The notes: generated by a model from the letters alone, not told the origin. A DNA stretch of 64,000 bases from Leptolyngbyaceae cyanobacterium (GCA_965263355.1 CBDHHL010000048.1:128001-192000), one strand, 5' to 3'. Numbered from the stretch's first letter, positions 50,529 to 61,846 are shown. Program-made: numbers and translations.

Positions 50529-51269
50529 ATGTGGGAAACGCTTCAGCTCAGTCTTTATAACCTCAGTCAACTCGCCAATCAGTGGGTTGGCGCTCAGCTT
50601 GATCATCTCTCTATAGCCAGTGTTGTGATTATTGCGGCGGCAGGGCTGCTCACTAGCCTCACCCCATGTATGTTATCCATGCTGCCGATTACAGTGGGCT
50701 ATATGGGTAGCTATGACCTGGAAAATCGTTGGCAGGCAGTGGGCCAGTCTAGCTGGTTTGCCCTCGGTTTAGCGACCACATTGGCTGGTCTAGGGGTGGC
50801 CGCTAGCAGTCTGGGCTGGGTGTATGGCCAGGTGGGGGTAGGGTTACCAATTGTGGTGAGTGCGATCGCAATCATCATGGGGCTGAATCTGCTTGAAGCA
50901 CTGCCGCTACCGCCTTTACCCTCATACACCGGCATGGACTTTATGCAGAATAATATGCCGCGATCGCTAAAGTCCTATTTGCTAGGTTTGACCTTTGGTT
51001 TAGTGGCCTCCCCCTGCAGCACCCCGGTACTAGCCACACTGCTTGCCTGGGTTGGCCAAACAGGCGATCCGATTCTGGGTAGCTCTCTGTTACTGGCTTA
51101 CACCATCGGCTATGTCGCTCCGTTAGTGATCGCCGGTATTTTCACAGCTTCAATCAAAAAAATTCTTGCTATTCGCCAATGGTCTGGCTGGATTACTCCT
51201 GCCAGTGGTGTTTTGCTGATTGGCTTTGGCGTCTTTTCACTCGTGTCGCGATTTATGCCAGTCGCGTAA
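50529..51269 (+). CDS. ccdA: Cytochrome c biogenesis protein CcdA
   Basis: SLTPCMLSMLP, ASPCSTPVL. Confidence 0.95.
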   Translation: MWETLQLSLYNLSQLANQWVGAQLDHLSIASVVIIAAAGLLTSLTPCMLSMLPITVGYMGSYDLENRWQAVGQSSWFALGLATTLAGLGVAASSLGWVYGQVGVGLPIVVSAIAIIMGLNLLEALPLPPLPSYTGMDFMQNNMPRSLKSYLLGLTFGLVASPCSTPVLATLLAWVGQTGDPILGSSLLLAYTIGYVAPLVIAGIFTASIKKILAIRQWSGWITPASGVLLIGFGVFSLVSRFMPVA

Positions 51270-51314
51270 TTTACAGACGTTGCAGATAAAGTCTCTCTAT
51301 CAAACCTGTCTCCT

Positions 51315-52691
51315 ATGCCTGCTGCCCTAAAACGTTACTTTAAAAAAGAGCTTATTCCCCTTCTCGCCGACCTACGTCTGGCCATTATTCTGCTGCTAGT
51401 CATTGCCGTATTTAGCATTCTGGGCACTGTTATTGAGCAAGGGCAGAGCTTAACCTTTTATCAACAAAACTATCCCGAAGACCCTGCCCTATTTGGATTT
51501 CTCAGCTGGAAAGTACTGCTAATAGCAGGTCTAGACCACGTATACCGCACCTGGTGGTACCTTTCCCTGCTAATTCTCTTTGGCAGCAGCCTAACAGCTT
51601 GCACCTTTACCCGACAAATTACAGCCCTACGCTGGTTTTCACGCACCTGGAATTTTTACAGTCAGCCCCGTCAGTTTGAGAAAATGGCCCTCAGCACAGA
51701 ACTCAGCAAGGGCGACCTGAACCAACTTACCGAGTTGTTAACAGCTAAACGCTACAAAACCTTCCATAAAGACGGCACCATGCTTTACGCCCATAAGGGA
51801 TTAGCAGGTCGCATTGGTCCTATTTTGGTCCATGCTAGTATGCTAATCATCTTACTGGGGGCCATGTATGGAGCCATGACAGGGTTCTTTGCCCAGGAAA
51901 TGGTCCCCAGTGGCAACACGTTTACGGTGCAAAACATTTTTGATGCGGGTCCCTGGGCCAGTCCCCAGATTCCCAAAGATTGGTCAGTAAAAGTCAATCG
52001 CTTTTGGATCGACTACAGTCCTGAGGGAAGAGTAGAACAATTTTACTCTGACCTATCGGTGCTCAATGACCAGAGCGAAGAAGTAAAACGCAAAACAGTC
52101 TGGGTGAATCAGCCCTTACGCTATCGGAATGTCACTATGTACCAGGCTGACTGGTCCATTGCTGGGGTGCGGGTCAAAGTAAACAATAGCCCTATTCTGC
52201 AATTACCCATGGCTCCCATCGAAACTGAAGATGGGGGAAAGCTCTGGGGGACCTGGGTGCCCACTAAACCTGACATGAGTGCAGGGGTATCCCTAATCGC
52301 CCAAGATCTACAGGGGACATTGTTGGTCTACAGCACCAAAGGCCAGCTGATCTCCACCGTTCGGGAAGGCATGTCAGTGGATGTTAATGGTGTCACGTTA
52401 TCTGTAGTTGAAATTGTTGGCAGTACGGGCCTACAGATAAAATCCGATCCGGGGGTACCGATTGTTTATCTTGGGTTTGGATTACTCATGTCGGGAGTAA
52501 TCATGAGCTACATTTCCCATTCTCAGGTATGGGCTTTGCAAGCGGGTGATCAGCTTTACGTAGGCGGACGCACCAATCGTGCCCAGGTTGTATTTGAACG
52601 AGAACTCGTGGCAATCCTGGATAAGTTGGGCACTCAATCTGCTACTGAACTAACCAAAGATGAACCAACCAAAGATTTAGTGGTTTCTTAG
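51315..52691 (+). CDS. ccs1: Cytochrome c biogenesis protein Ccs1/CcsB (ResB)
   Basis: [49 protein letters not shown]. Confidence 0.95.
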   Translation: MPAALKRYFKKELIPLLADLRLAIILLLVIAVFSILGTVIEQGQSLTFYQQNYPEDPALFGFLSWKVLLIAGLDHVYRTWWYLSLLILFGSSLTACTFTRQITALRWFSRTWNFYSQPRQFEKMALSTELSKGDLNQLTELLTAKRYKTFHKDGTMLYAHKGLAGRIGPILVHASMLIILLGAMYGAMTGFFAQEMVPSGNTFTVQNIFDAGPWASPQIPKDWSVKVNRFWIDYSPEGRVEQFYSDLSVLNDQSEEVKRKTVWVNQPLRYRNVTMYQADWSIAGVRVKVNNSPILQLPMAPIETEDGGKLWGTWVPTKPDMSAGVSLIAQDLQGTLLVYSTKGQLISTVREGMSVDVNGVTLSVVEIVGSTGLQIKSDPGVPIVYLGFGLLMSGVIMSYISHSQVWALQAGDQLYVGGRTNRAQVVFERELVAILDKLGTQSATELTKDEPTKDLVVS

Positions 52692-52968
52692 AGAACATTT
52701 GCCACGTGGCAACTCTCAAACCCAGTCGTTAAACTCGCTGGCTTCAAATTTATCGTTCCGGACTATACCCAGGTCAACGTTAGCCAACTCTGGCAAGACA
52801 ATGTTCAGATAATTAACGCGTTAGGCCGTGTGAATTGGGATAACTCTGCAGCTGATTTGCAGTTTGAGCTATGTCAAACACGTGGTTATGTGGGTTGTCA
52901 GCCCCAAGGGTGGGTATCCATAGCAGGGGCCAAGCTTAATAGCGAAGATAGGAGAATACTCCACAACA

Positions 52969-53802
52969 TTAAGGTAGCCAAGGGTACTGACTAAAATCTG
53001 GCAAACGCTTTTCAAGAAAAGCCTGCTTTCCTTCAGCGCCTTCCTCTGTCAGGTAATACAGTAAGGTAGCATTGCCTGCTAACTCCTGCAAGCCTGCCTG
53101 CCCATCACAGTCCGCATTAAATGCAGCTTTGAGACAGCGTATGGCTGTCGGGCTTTTTTGAAGAACTTCCTGAGCCCATTGAATCCCCTCTGCTTCAAGC
53201 TGCTCAACTGGGACAACGTGATTGACTAGCCCCATATCTAATGCCTGTTTGGCATCGTACTGCCGACATAGAAACCAGATTTCTCGCGCTTTTTTCTGAC
53301 CCACAATGCGCGCCAAATAACTAGCCCCAAACCCGCCATCAAAACTCCCAACCTTGGGACCGGTCTGACCAAAAATAGCGTTATCCGCAGCAATCGTGAG
53401 GTCACAGATAAGATGCAGTACATGGCCACCGCCAATGGCATAACCGGCTACCAGAGCAATCACTACCTTGGGCATAGACCGAATCAACCGCTGCAAGTCC
53501 AACACATTTAAGCGCGGAATACCATCATCACCGACATAACCAGCCTTACCACGAACACTTTGATCGCCACCCGCACAAAACGCATATTTACCATCGATGT
53601 GAGGACCTGCTCCAGTAAGAAGTACCACCCCGATGGAAATATCTTCGCGGGCATCACAAAATGCCTCGTATAGCTCAAATACGGTTTTAGGACGAAAAGC
53701 GTTGCGTTTGTGGGGGCGATTGATGGTGATCTTTGCAATGCCATTGGCCTTGTGATAGAAGATGTCTTCGTAGGTTTTGACTGATTGCCAATCGACTTGC
53801 AT
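52969..53802 (-). CDS. menB: 1,4-dihydroxy-2-naphthoyl-CoA synthase
   Basis: [45 protein letters not shown]. Confidence 0.98.
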   Translation of the reverse strand: MQVDWQSVKTYEDIFYHKANGIAKITINRPHKRNAFRPKTVFELYEAFCDAREDISIGVVLLTGAGPHIDGKYAFCAGGDQSVRGKAGYVGDDGIPRLNVLDLQRLIRSMPKVVIALVAGYAIGGGHVLHLICDLTIAADNAIFGQTGPKVGSFDGGFGASYLARIVGQKKAREIWFLCRQYDAKQALDMGLVNHVVPVEQLEAEGIQWAQEVLQKSPTAIRCLKAAFNADCDGQAGLQELAGNATLLYYLTEEGAEGKQAFLEKRLPDFSQYPWLP

Positions 53803-53988
53803 AGAGTGTTTGCTGGTGAATGATCGCCCGATGGGCAGTGCTACCCTACCACTCGCCAATCACCATTCAACATTCATTACAAGGCTGTTACAAAACATTT
53901 GCGACCCAGTCAAAAGATTGACATCTACGGGAGAATAGTCGCTAGAGAAAATTAGTAGCTTCTATTTTTAGCCCCACTGTTTACATCC

Positions 53989-54579
53989 ATGGCGTATTAC
54001 TGGTTCAAATCGTTTCACATTTTTGGTGTTGTAGCCTGGTTTGCAGGTCTTTTCTATCTAGCCAGGTTGTTTATTTATCATGTCGAGGCGGACATGGAGA
54101 TGCAGCCTGCCCAGAACATTTTGAAAAAGCAGTACAGCATTATGGAAAAGCGGCTTTACAACATCATTACGACACCAGCAATGGTTTTAACTGTGGTGAT
54201 GGCAACTGGACTGCTTTACGTCATGCCAGACTATCTTCACCAAGGCTGGATGCATGCAAAACTCGGGTTTGTTGGTTTACTTTTGGTTTACCATTTCTAT
54301 TGCGGTCGCATGATCAAGCAGTTGGAGAATGGGGAATGCCAATGGAATAGTAAAACTCTACGACTTTTTAATGAAGGTCCCACACTGCTATTGGTAGTTA
54401 TTGTTATGCTGGTTATCTTCAAAGAGCAGTTTCCCACCAGTGCCACCACATGGTTAATTGTGGCCTTAACAATTTCGTTTCTGGCAACTATTCAGCTTTA
54501 CGCCCGCAAGCGGCGTCTAGACAAAGAGAAGGAAGTCGCTGAAGCTGCCGCTAATGCAGAACAAGCTCTGCCGTCCTAA
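53989..54579 (+). CDS. hemJ: Protoporphyrinogen oxidase HemJ
   Basis: WFKSFHI, WFAGLFYL.RLF.YH, MEKRL, WMHAKL, RLFNE. Confidence 0.95.
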   Translation: MAYYWFKSFHIFGVVAWFAGLFYLARLFIYHVEADMEMQPAQNILKKQYSIMEKRLYNIITTPAMVLTVVMATGLLYVMPDYLHQGWMHAKLGFVGLLLVYHFYCGRMIKQLENGECQWNSKTLRLFNEGPTLLLVVIVMLVIFKEQFPTSATTWLIVALTISFLATIQLYARKRRLDKEKEVAEAAANAEQALPS

Positions 54580-54672
54580 TACTAAATCCAAATTCAGTAC
54601 CACCGCTTGAAAAGTATTAATGCTGTAAGAGCAATCCACTGTAGTTGCCCTGCGACACAAGGAAACAAACCA

Positions 54673-55638
54673 CTAACCAACCGGGGCCGGGGCCACTTCC
54701 TTGCCAGACATTGTCTGTCCGAGCCCCGGTAAAAACTTTTTAGCCATAGCTGGACTTTCCTCAAGCAAGTAGTTCAAGAAGCTTTCAGCTACCACAGATA
54801 ACTGCTTACCAGCTAAATGCCCAACGTACCATTGGCGAGGAATGGGAAAACCTTCCACATCAAGAATGGCAAATTCACCGCTAGTGCCCTCGGAAATAAT
54901 GGTGTGCTGTGACAAGACTGATACACCTAGACCACCCGCAATTCCTTGTTTAATTGCTTCATTACTACCTAGTTCCAGACGAACTTTCACATCCACATTA
55001 TGGGCAGCAAACAACTTTTGCACCGCTTCGCGGGTACCTGAGCCTGGTTCACGCATTATAAAGGGTTCGTTGTTTAGCGCCTCAATCGGTATATTTTTTT
55101 TGCCAGCCAATGGATGATCGGTAGGTGCAATAACCACTAAGGGATTATCTAAAAAAGGATACGTTTTGAGATCAGGCTGACTAGGAAGTTGACTAAAGAT
55201 AAACAGATCATCCCGATTATTAAGCATCCGCTCTTGGATATTTTGATGGTTGGTTACCTTAAGCGAAATGTCGATACCGGGATAGCGTTTACAGAAAGGC
55301 CCCAACAGTCGAGGTACAAAATACTTGGCAGTAGTAATCACGGCTATACTCAACCGCCCTTGCTTCATACCCTTGAGATCCGCAATGGACATTTCAAACT
55401 GAGATAACCCTTGGAAAATTTCTTGACAGGTTTCTAAGAGCTTCTTACCCGCCTGAGTCAGGTATAAACGCTTACCAATTTGTTCAAACAGCGGTAGGCC
55501 TACCGCTTTTGTAAGCTGCTTGACTTGTATTGATACCGTTGGCTGGGTTAAATAGAGTTCTTCAGCTGCACGGGTAAAACTACCGTGACGCGCAGTGGCT
55601 TCAAATACCTTGAGCTGATGGAGCGTCGCATGAATCAC
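54673..55638 (-). CDS. CbbR-family LysR regulator, CcmR/NdhR-like
   Basis: ATLHQLKVFEATARHGSFTRAAEEL..TQPTVS, TTAKYFVPRLLG.FC, REPGSGTR, SNEAIKQ. Confidence 0.9.
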   Translation of the reverse strand: MIHATLHQLKVFEATARHGSFTRAAEELYLTQPTVSIQVKQLTKAVGLPLFEQIGKRLYLTQAGKKLLETCQEIFQGLSQFEMSIADLKGMKQGRLSIAVITTAKYFVPRLLGPFCKRYPGIDISLKVTNHQNIQERMLNNRDDLFIFSQLPSQPDLKTYPFLDNPLVVIAPTDHPLAGKKNIPIEALNNEPFIMREPGSGTREAVQKLFAAHNVDVKVRLELGSNEAIKQGIAGGLGVSVLSQHTIISEGTSGEFAILDVEGFPIPRQWYVGHLAGKQLSVVAESFLNYLLEESPAMAKKFLPGLGQTMSGKEVAPAPVG

Positions 55639-55689
55639 GGCTTGAGTCCTCGTTGCAGCTAGCAGTAATCAATCGTAACGTATCTTTCA

Positions 55690-55705
55690 ATAGAGTTTAT
55701 TCTAT
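55690..55705. promoter_or_regulatory. ATAG-N8-CTAT box (CcmR/NdhR-type operator)
   Basis: ATAG-AGTTTATT-CTAT in the 97-bp divergent spacer between the LysR gene and chrA. Confidence 0.65.
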
Positions 55706-55735
55706 CAAAGAAACCTATTTGAGTGGACTTTTTCT

Positions 55736-56911
55736 ATGAATACTCTGGTAAGTCGACTGCAGGAATTGACCGGATTGTTTTTAAGGTTGGGAGCTATAGG
55801 GTTTGGTGGTCCCCAAGCTCACATTGCCATGATTAATAATGAGGCAGTAGAGCAACGCCACTGGCTAGACACTGATGAATTTAGTGATGGTCTAGCAGTC
55901 TGTGAAATGCTGCCCGGTCCAGCATCAACTCAGATGGGGATTTACACAGGCTATGTTTATGCTGGTTGGCTAGGGGCCTTGGTGGCAGGTCTGGCATTTA
56001 TTACCCCTGCATTTTTGATTGTGGTGGCTCTCAGTTGGATATATTTTCAGTTTCAGCAGCTTCCCCAGTTAATGGCCCTATTTTTTGGGCTTTCCCCGGT
56101 AATGATCGCGATTATTTTGGGATTTTGCTACAAGTTAGGTCGCAAATCTATTCAGAATCGGATCGGGGTAGTTATTGCCGTTCTAGCTTTTTTAGCCAGT
56201 GTATTTAGCAAGCTCAACACACCGGTTTTATTCTTGCTAGCAGGGCTACTGGGGATGGGAATATACGGCCCCAGAGGTCTACGCCTCAATAGTTTTATGC
56301 CTTTTGGGGTATTGGCGATATTGTCACCGAGCTTTTGGGGCAATGAGCGCGTATCAGCCTACGGTTGGTCTTTATTTACCTTTTTTCTGAAAGTAGGCAC
56401 ATTTATATTTGGTGGTGGCTTAGTGATTATTCCACTGTTAGAGTTCGAGGTGGTTGAACGGCTGGGCTGGCTCTCTACCTCAGACTTTATCAATGGTGTG
56501 GCAATTGGGCAGCTGAGCCCAGGGCCAGTGGTTCTGACAGCAGCATTCGTTGGCTATAAGATGGCTGGCTTTTTTGGGGCTCTGATTTCAACTGTAGCTA
56601 TTTTCACACCTTCATTTCTATTTATTATGCTGGCAGCACCTTTGCTGGGTCGTCTACGGCGCAATGCTTGGACACAGGCATTTCTGAAGGGTATTAAACC
56701 GGCTGTGGTCGGGGCGATTATGGCGGCAGCGGTTCCCTTAGGACAAACGGCTTTTGGTAGGGAGACGTGGTCGTTATCCATATTGGCTGTGATCGTTGCG
56801 ATCGCAGCCCTAATTGCCATCCTACGTTTCAAAATTACCGCCTGGAAACTTATCCTGGGGGGAGCAGCCATTGGATTAGTCGGATATCCGCTACTAGGAG
56901 GAATGTCCTAA
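55736..56911 (+). CDS. chrA: Chromate ion transporter (CHR family)
   Basis: GFGGP..HI, LPGPASTQ, FGGG, SPGP in two homologous halves. Confidence 0.93.
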   Translation: MNTLVSRLQELTGLFLRLGAIGFGGPQAHIAMINNEAVEQRHWLDTDEFSDGLAVCEMLPGPASTQMGIYTGYVYAGWLGALVAGLAFITPAFLIVVALSWIYFQFQQLPQLMALFFGLSPVMIAIILGFCYKLGRKSIQNRIGVVIAVLAFLASVFSKLNTPVLFLLAGLLGMGIYGPRGLRLNSFMPFGVLAILSPSFWGNERVSAYGWSLFTFFLKVGTFIFGGGLVIIPLLEFEVVERLGWLSTSDFINGVAIGQLSPGPVVLTAAFVGYKMAGFFGALISTVAIFTPSFLFIMLAAPLLGRLRRNAWTQAFLKGIKPAVVGAIMAAAVPLGQTAFGRETWSLSILAVIVAIAALIAILRFKITAWKLILGGAAIGLVGYPLLGGMS

Positions 56912-56970
56912 AGTCTAGTTTTGAGTACTCAGTGTTTAATAATTCTCCTATCCCTACGCGTTCCCTTGCC

Positions 56971-58032
56971 ATGTATCTCCAGTCCCATGATCGCATCGCT
57001 ATTCTGCTCCACAATGGCATTACTGGCGATAAGGGTAAGACCGGCCTCGCCTTACTACGCTACAGCGAAAATCCCATCGCTGTTGTTATCGATGAAACCT
57101 GCCCAGGAAAATCACTGAAGAACCTCACAGGCATTGATCGCGACGTCCCGATTGTAGCCACCATGGCAGCCGCCCTAGACTATGAGCCAGATGTCTTGGC
57201 CATTGGTCTTGCTCCGTCTGGAGGCCGTTTGCCAGAGCCTTGGGTGGAGGATGTACGGGTTGCGATCGCTGCAGGCCTCAACATCATGAATGGCCTACAC
57301 ACCTACTTTAATCAGGATCCCAGTCTCATCGAGCAGATGGATCCCTGTCGGCATCCTGACCAATGGATTTGGGATATGCGACAAGAACCCCCTGGCCTCT
57401 CTGTTGGTTCTGGCAAAGCTCGCCATCTCCACAACTGTCGCCGGGTATTAACCGTTGGCACCGACATGGCCGTTGGTAAAATGTCTACCTGCATTGAGCT
57501 TAACCGAGCTACCCAGGCCAAAGGTTTACGATCTCAGCTCATTGCCACAGGCCAAACAGCCCTGATGCTAGGTGCTCCAGGCATAGCACTAGATGCCATA
57601 CGCGTGGACTTTGCCGCTGGAGCTGTTGAACAGACTGTCCTTACCTATGGTGATACAAATGACGTGGTTTATGTAGAAGGTCAGGGTTCTTTACTAAATC
57701 CAGCTTCGACTGCTACATTACCTCTACTGCGAGGGGCTCAACCCACACATCTGGTCCTGGTACACAAAATTAATTTGGAACGGATTCAGCACTTTCCAGA
57801 CTTTTATATTCCCCCCATTCAGAAGGTGCTCAACCTCTACGATACGGTGGCCAATGCAGGAGGAACTTTCACCTCACCTAAGATGTCAGGCATTGCACTA
57901 AATACATTTGGAGTGGATGAAGATAACGCTAGGGGTGCGATCTCAGATCTATCACGAGAAACCGGGCTCCCCTGTACAGACGTCGTCCGTTTTAGTCCAG
58001 CCCCAATTTTAGAAGCCATTTTAAGTACTTGA
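56971..58032 (+). CDS. DUF1611 family P-loop protein (DgcN-like)
   Basis: GKTGLALLRY, GLH, VGTDMAVGKM, ATGQT, DFAAGAVE, VEGQGSL; start at ATG 56971. Confidence 0.9.
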   Translation: MYLQSHDRIAILLHNGITGDKGKTGLALLRYSENPIAVVIDETCPGKSLKNLTGIDRDVPIVATMAAALDYEPDVLAIGLAPSGGRLPEPWVEDVRVAIAAGLNIMNGLHTYFNQDPSLIEQMDPCRHPDQWIWDMRQEPPGLSVGSGKARHLHNCRRVLTVGTDMAVGKMSTCIELNRATQAKGLRSQLIATGQTALMLGAPGIALDAIRVDFAAGAVEQTVLTYGDTNDVVYVEGQGSLLNPASTATLPLLRGAQPTHLVLVHKINLERIQHFPDFYIPPIQKVLNLYDTVANAGGTFTSPKMSGIALNTFGVDEDNARGAISDLSRETGLPCTDVVRFSPAPILEAILST

Positions 58033-58083
58033 AACCGTCAAGTTTGACAAAAACTTAGAACTCGGAACTAAGCACTAAAAAAC

Positions 58084-58308
58084 CTACTTTTTCCGTAAAC
58101 GATAAGTAATTCGTCCCTTGGTCAAGTCATAAGGTGTCAGCTCAACTTTGACCCGATCCCCTGGCAAAATCTTGATATAGTTACGACGGATTTTACCAGA
58201 AATATGAGCTAAAACGTTAAACCCGTTATCTAAATCAACCCGAAACATTGCATTAGGAAGAGATTCGGTAACAGTCCCTTCCATCTCAATTAAATCTTGC
58301 TTAGACAA
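58084..58308 (-). CDS. infA: Translation initiation factor IF-1
   Basis: [39 protein letters not shown] start. Confidence 0.98.
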
Positions 58309-58468
58309 GTAGCTATTCCTCAATTCAACCAACCATTAAACATGAAGTGGGCAAACTCAAATAGTCCCTCCACTTCTAACGATATAAGCGTAACAAACGA
58401 TACCCAAATTGCTATGGAATAGTCTCGACAAGTACTCTAAAGGAGTAATACAGCTAAACAAGCAAATA

Positions 58469-59023
58469 TTATGCATGTAAGACCTGCTTTAATTCAGTCG
58501 CCACTGAATCCATTGGCTGATGACCATTAATGGATACCAACTGCTGGCGATTTCTAAAAAACTCAATTAAGGGTTCTGTCTGTTGACGATAGACCTCTAA
58601 ACGGTTACGAATGACCGATTCATTATCATCTTTGCGGCCACGTGCCAGTAATCTCGATACCAATACATCGTCTGGCACTTCGAGATTCAAAACACATTCA
58701 CAGGGCTGACTAATTTCTATCAATAACTTATCTAAAAAATTAGCTTGACTAACATTGCGAGGAAACCCATCTAAAATCCAACCCTTTGATGCATCTTCTT
58801 GATTCAAACGGTCACGAATTAGATCCAAAATCAAATCATCCGGCACCAATTCCCCAGCATCCATATAAGACGCTGCTTTTTGGCCCAGCTCAGTCTGAGC
58901 AGCAACAGCTGAGCGCAAAATATCTCCAGTAGAGATGTGAGGTACACTAAAATCTTTAGATAGAACAGCAGCCTGTGTCCCCTTACCAGCCCCAGGAGGG
59001 CCTAAAAAAATCACTCTTATCAC
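58469..59023 (-). CDS. adk: Adenylate kinase
   Basis: [22 protein letters not shown]. Confidence 0.98.
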   Translation of the reverse strand: MIRVIFLGPPGAGKGTQAAVLSKDFSVPHISTGDILRSAVAAQTELGQKAASYMDAGELVPDDLILDLIRDRLNQEDASKGWILDGFPRNVSQANFLDKLLIEISQPCECVLNLEVPDDVLVSRLLARGRKDDNESVIRNRLEVYRQQTEPLIEFFRNRQQLVSINGHQPMDSVATELKQVLHA

Positions 59024-60345
59024 TACTTTTTCACCATACCTTCGTAACGTTGAGAAATCACATAGGTCTGAATCTGCTTGGCCGTATCAATGGCCACACC
59101 AACAAGGATTAAAAGCGACGTAGCCCCTAATCCTTGAAACACGGTTACACGCAAACCGCTTTCTACCATACTTGGTACCACAGCAACAACGCCTAAGAAA
59201 ATTGCACCTAAGAACGTTAACCGGTTTAAAACTTTACCAATAAAGTTGCTTGTTGCCTTGCCAGGACGAATCCCTGGAATACTAGCACCCATTTTTTTGA
59301 GATTTCGCGACATATCTTCAGGATCTACCACCAGTGATGCATAAAAATAACTGAAGAACAAAATCATCACCAAATACATCAGGTTGTATGGAATGGAGCC
59401 TGGACTCAAAAAGCTAGTAACAAAATCTGATACACCTGGATTAGAGAAGGTTCTGGCAATGTAGGGAGCCGCCTGTAAAGGTAATACTAAGATGGCTGAC
59501 GCAAAAATAATCGGCATTACACCACCTTGATTAAGGCGCAAAGGCAAATAATTGCTCTTTTCTAAATACAGTTTACGCCCTACCTGGCGTCGTGCCGAAA
59601 CGATGGGAATTCGGCGCATGCCCTCTTGTACAAACACAATGCCAACCACCATGGCCAAGTACACAAGGCTGACAACGACAATCCCTGCAACCTCTTGGCG
59701 CGTAGAGTTAGGATTCTGAGCAACCGTCACCGCACTATTAAGCAAACGAGGTAATGATGAAACGATGTTGAGGAAAATTAACAGGGATGCCCCATTACCA
59801 ACACCACGCTCAGTGATTAATTCACCTACCCACATCACAAACATAGAACCCGCTGTCAGAGCAACAGCAGTTTCCATAATGAATGGAATACCAGGTTGGT
59901 TAGCAAAAGGACTGAGCAAAAAGCTCGCCAACAAAGTACTCTGCAAAACTGCCCAGCCCATTGCTACATAACGGGTAATTTGAGAAATCTTACGACGCCC
60001 AGCCTCCCCTTCATTTTTTTGCAAATCCTCTAACTGAGGAATCGCGGCTGTCAGCAACTGCATAATGATAGAAGCATTAATGTAAGGCAGAATGCCTAGA
60101 GCAAAAATACCCAGCAAGGATAAACCACCACCCACAAAAATATCTAGAAATCCCAGAAGACCTCCAGCATCAACTTGTTGTGAAAAAGCGACTCGATCAA
60201 TCCCTGGCACAGGAATATACATCCCAAACCGTACCAGTACTAATAACCCTAGAGTCACCAATAAACGTCCGCGCAGGCCCGCCGCTTGGGCCATCTGCAA
60301 AAACGTTTCTTGGGCGCTGGGTGTCTTTCCTCGACTGACAACCAT
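59023..60345 (-). CDS. secY: Preprotein translocase subunit SecY
   Basis: [47 protein letters not shown]. Confidence 0.99.
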   Translation of the reverse strand: MVVSRGKTPSAQETFLQMAQAAGLRGRLLVTLGLLVLVRFGMYIPVPGIDRVAFSQQVDAGGLLGFLDIFVGGGLSLLGIFALGILPYINASIIMQLLTAAIPQLEDLQKNEGEAGRRKISQITRYVAMGWAVLQSTLLASFLLSPFANQPGIPFIMETAVALTAGSMFVMWVGELITERGVGNGASLLIFLNIVSSLPRLLNSAVTVAQNPNSTRQEVAGIVVVSLVYLAMVVGIVFVQEGMRRIPIVSARRQVGRKLYLEKSNYLPLRLNQGGVMPIIFASAILVLPLQAAPYIARTFSNPGVSDFVTSFLSPGSIPYNLMYLVMILFFSYFYASLVVDPEDMSRNLKKMGASIPGIRPGKATSNFIGKVLNRLTFLGAIFLGVVAVVPSMVESGLRVTVFQGLGATSLLILVGVAIDTAKQIQTYVISQRYEGMVKK

Positions 60346-60442
60346 AATTTTTAGATTCTGTTTGAGATTCTAATTAAACGTGAGCTGTACCCAGACTAAA
60401 ACCAAGGCACAGCCCACTGGGATATAGATTTATTCTAAAGGC

Positions 60443-60889
60443 TTACGCCACGATTTCACAGGTACCGCCAGCAGCCTCAATCTTAGCCCTAGCACTGTGG
60501 GTAAATGCTGCTGCCTTAACCGTCAAAGCAACATTTAGCTCACCATTGCCCAGAATTTTTAGCGGGCCGTCATTGGCAGTGATGATACCAGCGGCCATTA
60601 AAGACTCCATTGTGACCTCGGTACCAGCAGATAGTTCAACCAAACGTGAAACATTTAGCACAGTGAATACCTTCTGATTCACAATGGGAAAATGCTTCAA
60701 CTTGGGAATCCGGCGATACAAAGGCAGTTGGCCACCTTCAAAGCCGGGACGGGTAGGACGTCCCGAGCGAGCTTTTTGACCGCGCATGCCAAACCCACAA
60801 GTAGCTCCTTGACCCGCCGCAATACCACGACCTACACGACGCCGACGTCGCTTTGATCCAGCTTTTGGCCCAACATCCTCTAGTCTCAT
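60443..60889 (-). CDS. rplO: 50S ribosomal protein L15
   Basis: [26 protein letters not shown]. Confidence 0.98.
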   Translation of the reverse strand: MRLEDVGPKAGSKRRRRRVGRGIAAGQGATCGFGMRGQKARSGRPTRPGFEGGQLPLYRRIPKLKHFPIVNQKVFTVLNVSRLVELSAGTEVTMESLMAAGIITANDGPLKILGNGELNVALTVKAAAFTHSARAKIEAAGGTCEIVA

Positions 60890-60924
60890 CGTTTTAAATC
60901 CCAACAAATGCAATTATTTCAGAC

Positions 60925-61449
60925 CTAAGCGTAAAGCTTCTCAAGAGGAATTCCACGCTCCTTAGCGACCTCAGAGAATGTGCGCAGAGAAGCCAATGCA
61001 GCAGCAGCAGCTCGAGCATTATTCAACTGGTTACCAGACCCAAGTTGCTTAGCCAAAACATTTCTCACCCCTGCCAATTCAAGCACAGTACGAACCGCCC
61101 CACCTGCAATTACACCGGTACCAGGAGCTGCCGGACGCATAAACACACGTGCGCCACCAGCTTCACCAGTGGCGGGATGAGGTAATGAATAAGCCTTATT
61201 TAAGGGCACGTCTACCAGTTTTTTCTTACCATCGGCCACACCTTTCTTAACAGCACCGATTACATCACTGGCTTTACCGACACCAACACCAACCTGACCT
61301 TTCTCATTACCAATCACCACAATGGCTCGAAAGCTTAGTTTTTTACCCCCTTTGACCACCTTAGTCACACGGCGGATTTGGACTACTCGCTCCTGCCACT
61401 CTGATTCTTTCTCTTTTCCCTTGTTACTCTTGCGACGTTCCTTTGCCAT
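60925..61449 (-). CDS. rpsE: 30S ribosomal protein S5
   Basis: [21 protein letters not shown]. Confidence 0.99.
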   Translation of the reverse strand: MAKERRKSNKGKEKESEWQERVVQIRRVTKVVKGGKKLSFRAIVVIGNEKGQVGVGVGKASDVIGAVKKGVADGKKKLVDVPLNKAYSLPHPATGEAGGARVFMRPAAPGTGVIAGGAVRTVLELAGVRNVLAKQLGSGNQLNNARAAAAALASLRTFSEVAKERGIPLEKLYA

Positions 61450-61479
61450 AATTAAAACCTTTAGCCTTTAGAAAAAGTT

Positions 61480-61839
61480 CTAGAAATCCAGACCAGCTTC
61501 ACGAGCAGCCTCTGCCAAAGCTGCTACACGACCGTGGTAAAGCTTACCACCACGATCAAAAACAACTTGTTTAACCCCCTGGGCCAAGGAACGCTCAGCG
61601 ATCAGCTTCCCAACTTTAGCTGAAGCATCCTTAGTAGAGCCACTGCCATCTCCTTTAATATCAACGTCCAGCGTTGAAGCTGACGCTAACGTATGATGCT
61701 TATAATCATCAATAATTTGCGCGTAAATATGATTGTTAGAACGATATACTGCTAATCGAGGCCGTTCAGCAGTTCCTTTAACTCGACGACGAATTCGCGC
61801 GTGACGACGACGAGTAGACTGTTTGCGCGTAGCTTTCAT
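61480..61839 (-). CDS. rplR: 50S ribosomal protein L18
   Basis: [28 protein letters not shown]. Confidence 0.99.
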   Translation of the reverse strand: MKATRKQSTRRRHARIRRRVKGTAERPRLAVYRSNNHIYAQIIDDYKHHTLASASTLDVDIKGDGSGSTKDASAKVGKLIAERSLAQGVKQVVFDRGGKLYHGRVAALAEAAREAGLDF

Positions 61840-61846
61840 AACTCAA

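Noticed and set aside
53876..53896. TTACA direct repeat upstream of hemJ as an RpaB HLR1 site
   Set aside because: Period is 11 nt rather than the 10 nt of the HLR1 consensus, and the first half-site is imperfect
56767..56970. N-terminal extension of the DUF1611 ORF overlapping chrA
   Set aside because: Longest-ORF artefact; family-like sequence begins at ATG 56971. Similar over-extensions were trimmed for rnz, pspA, pepN, menB, aroB and several ribosomal genes
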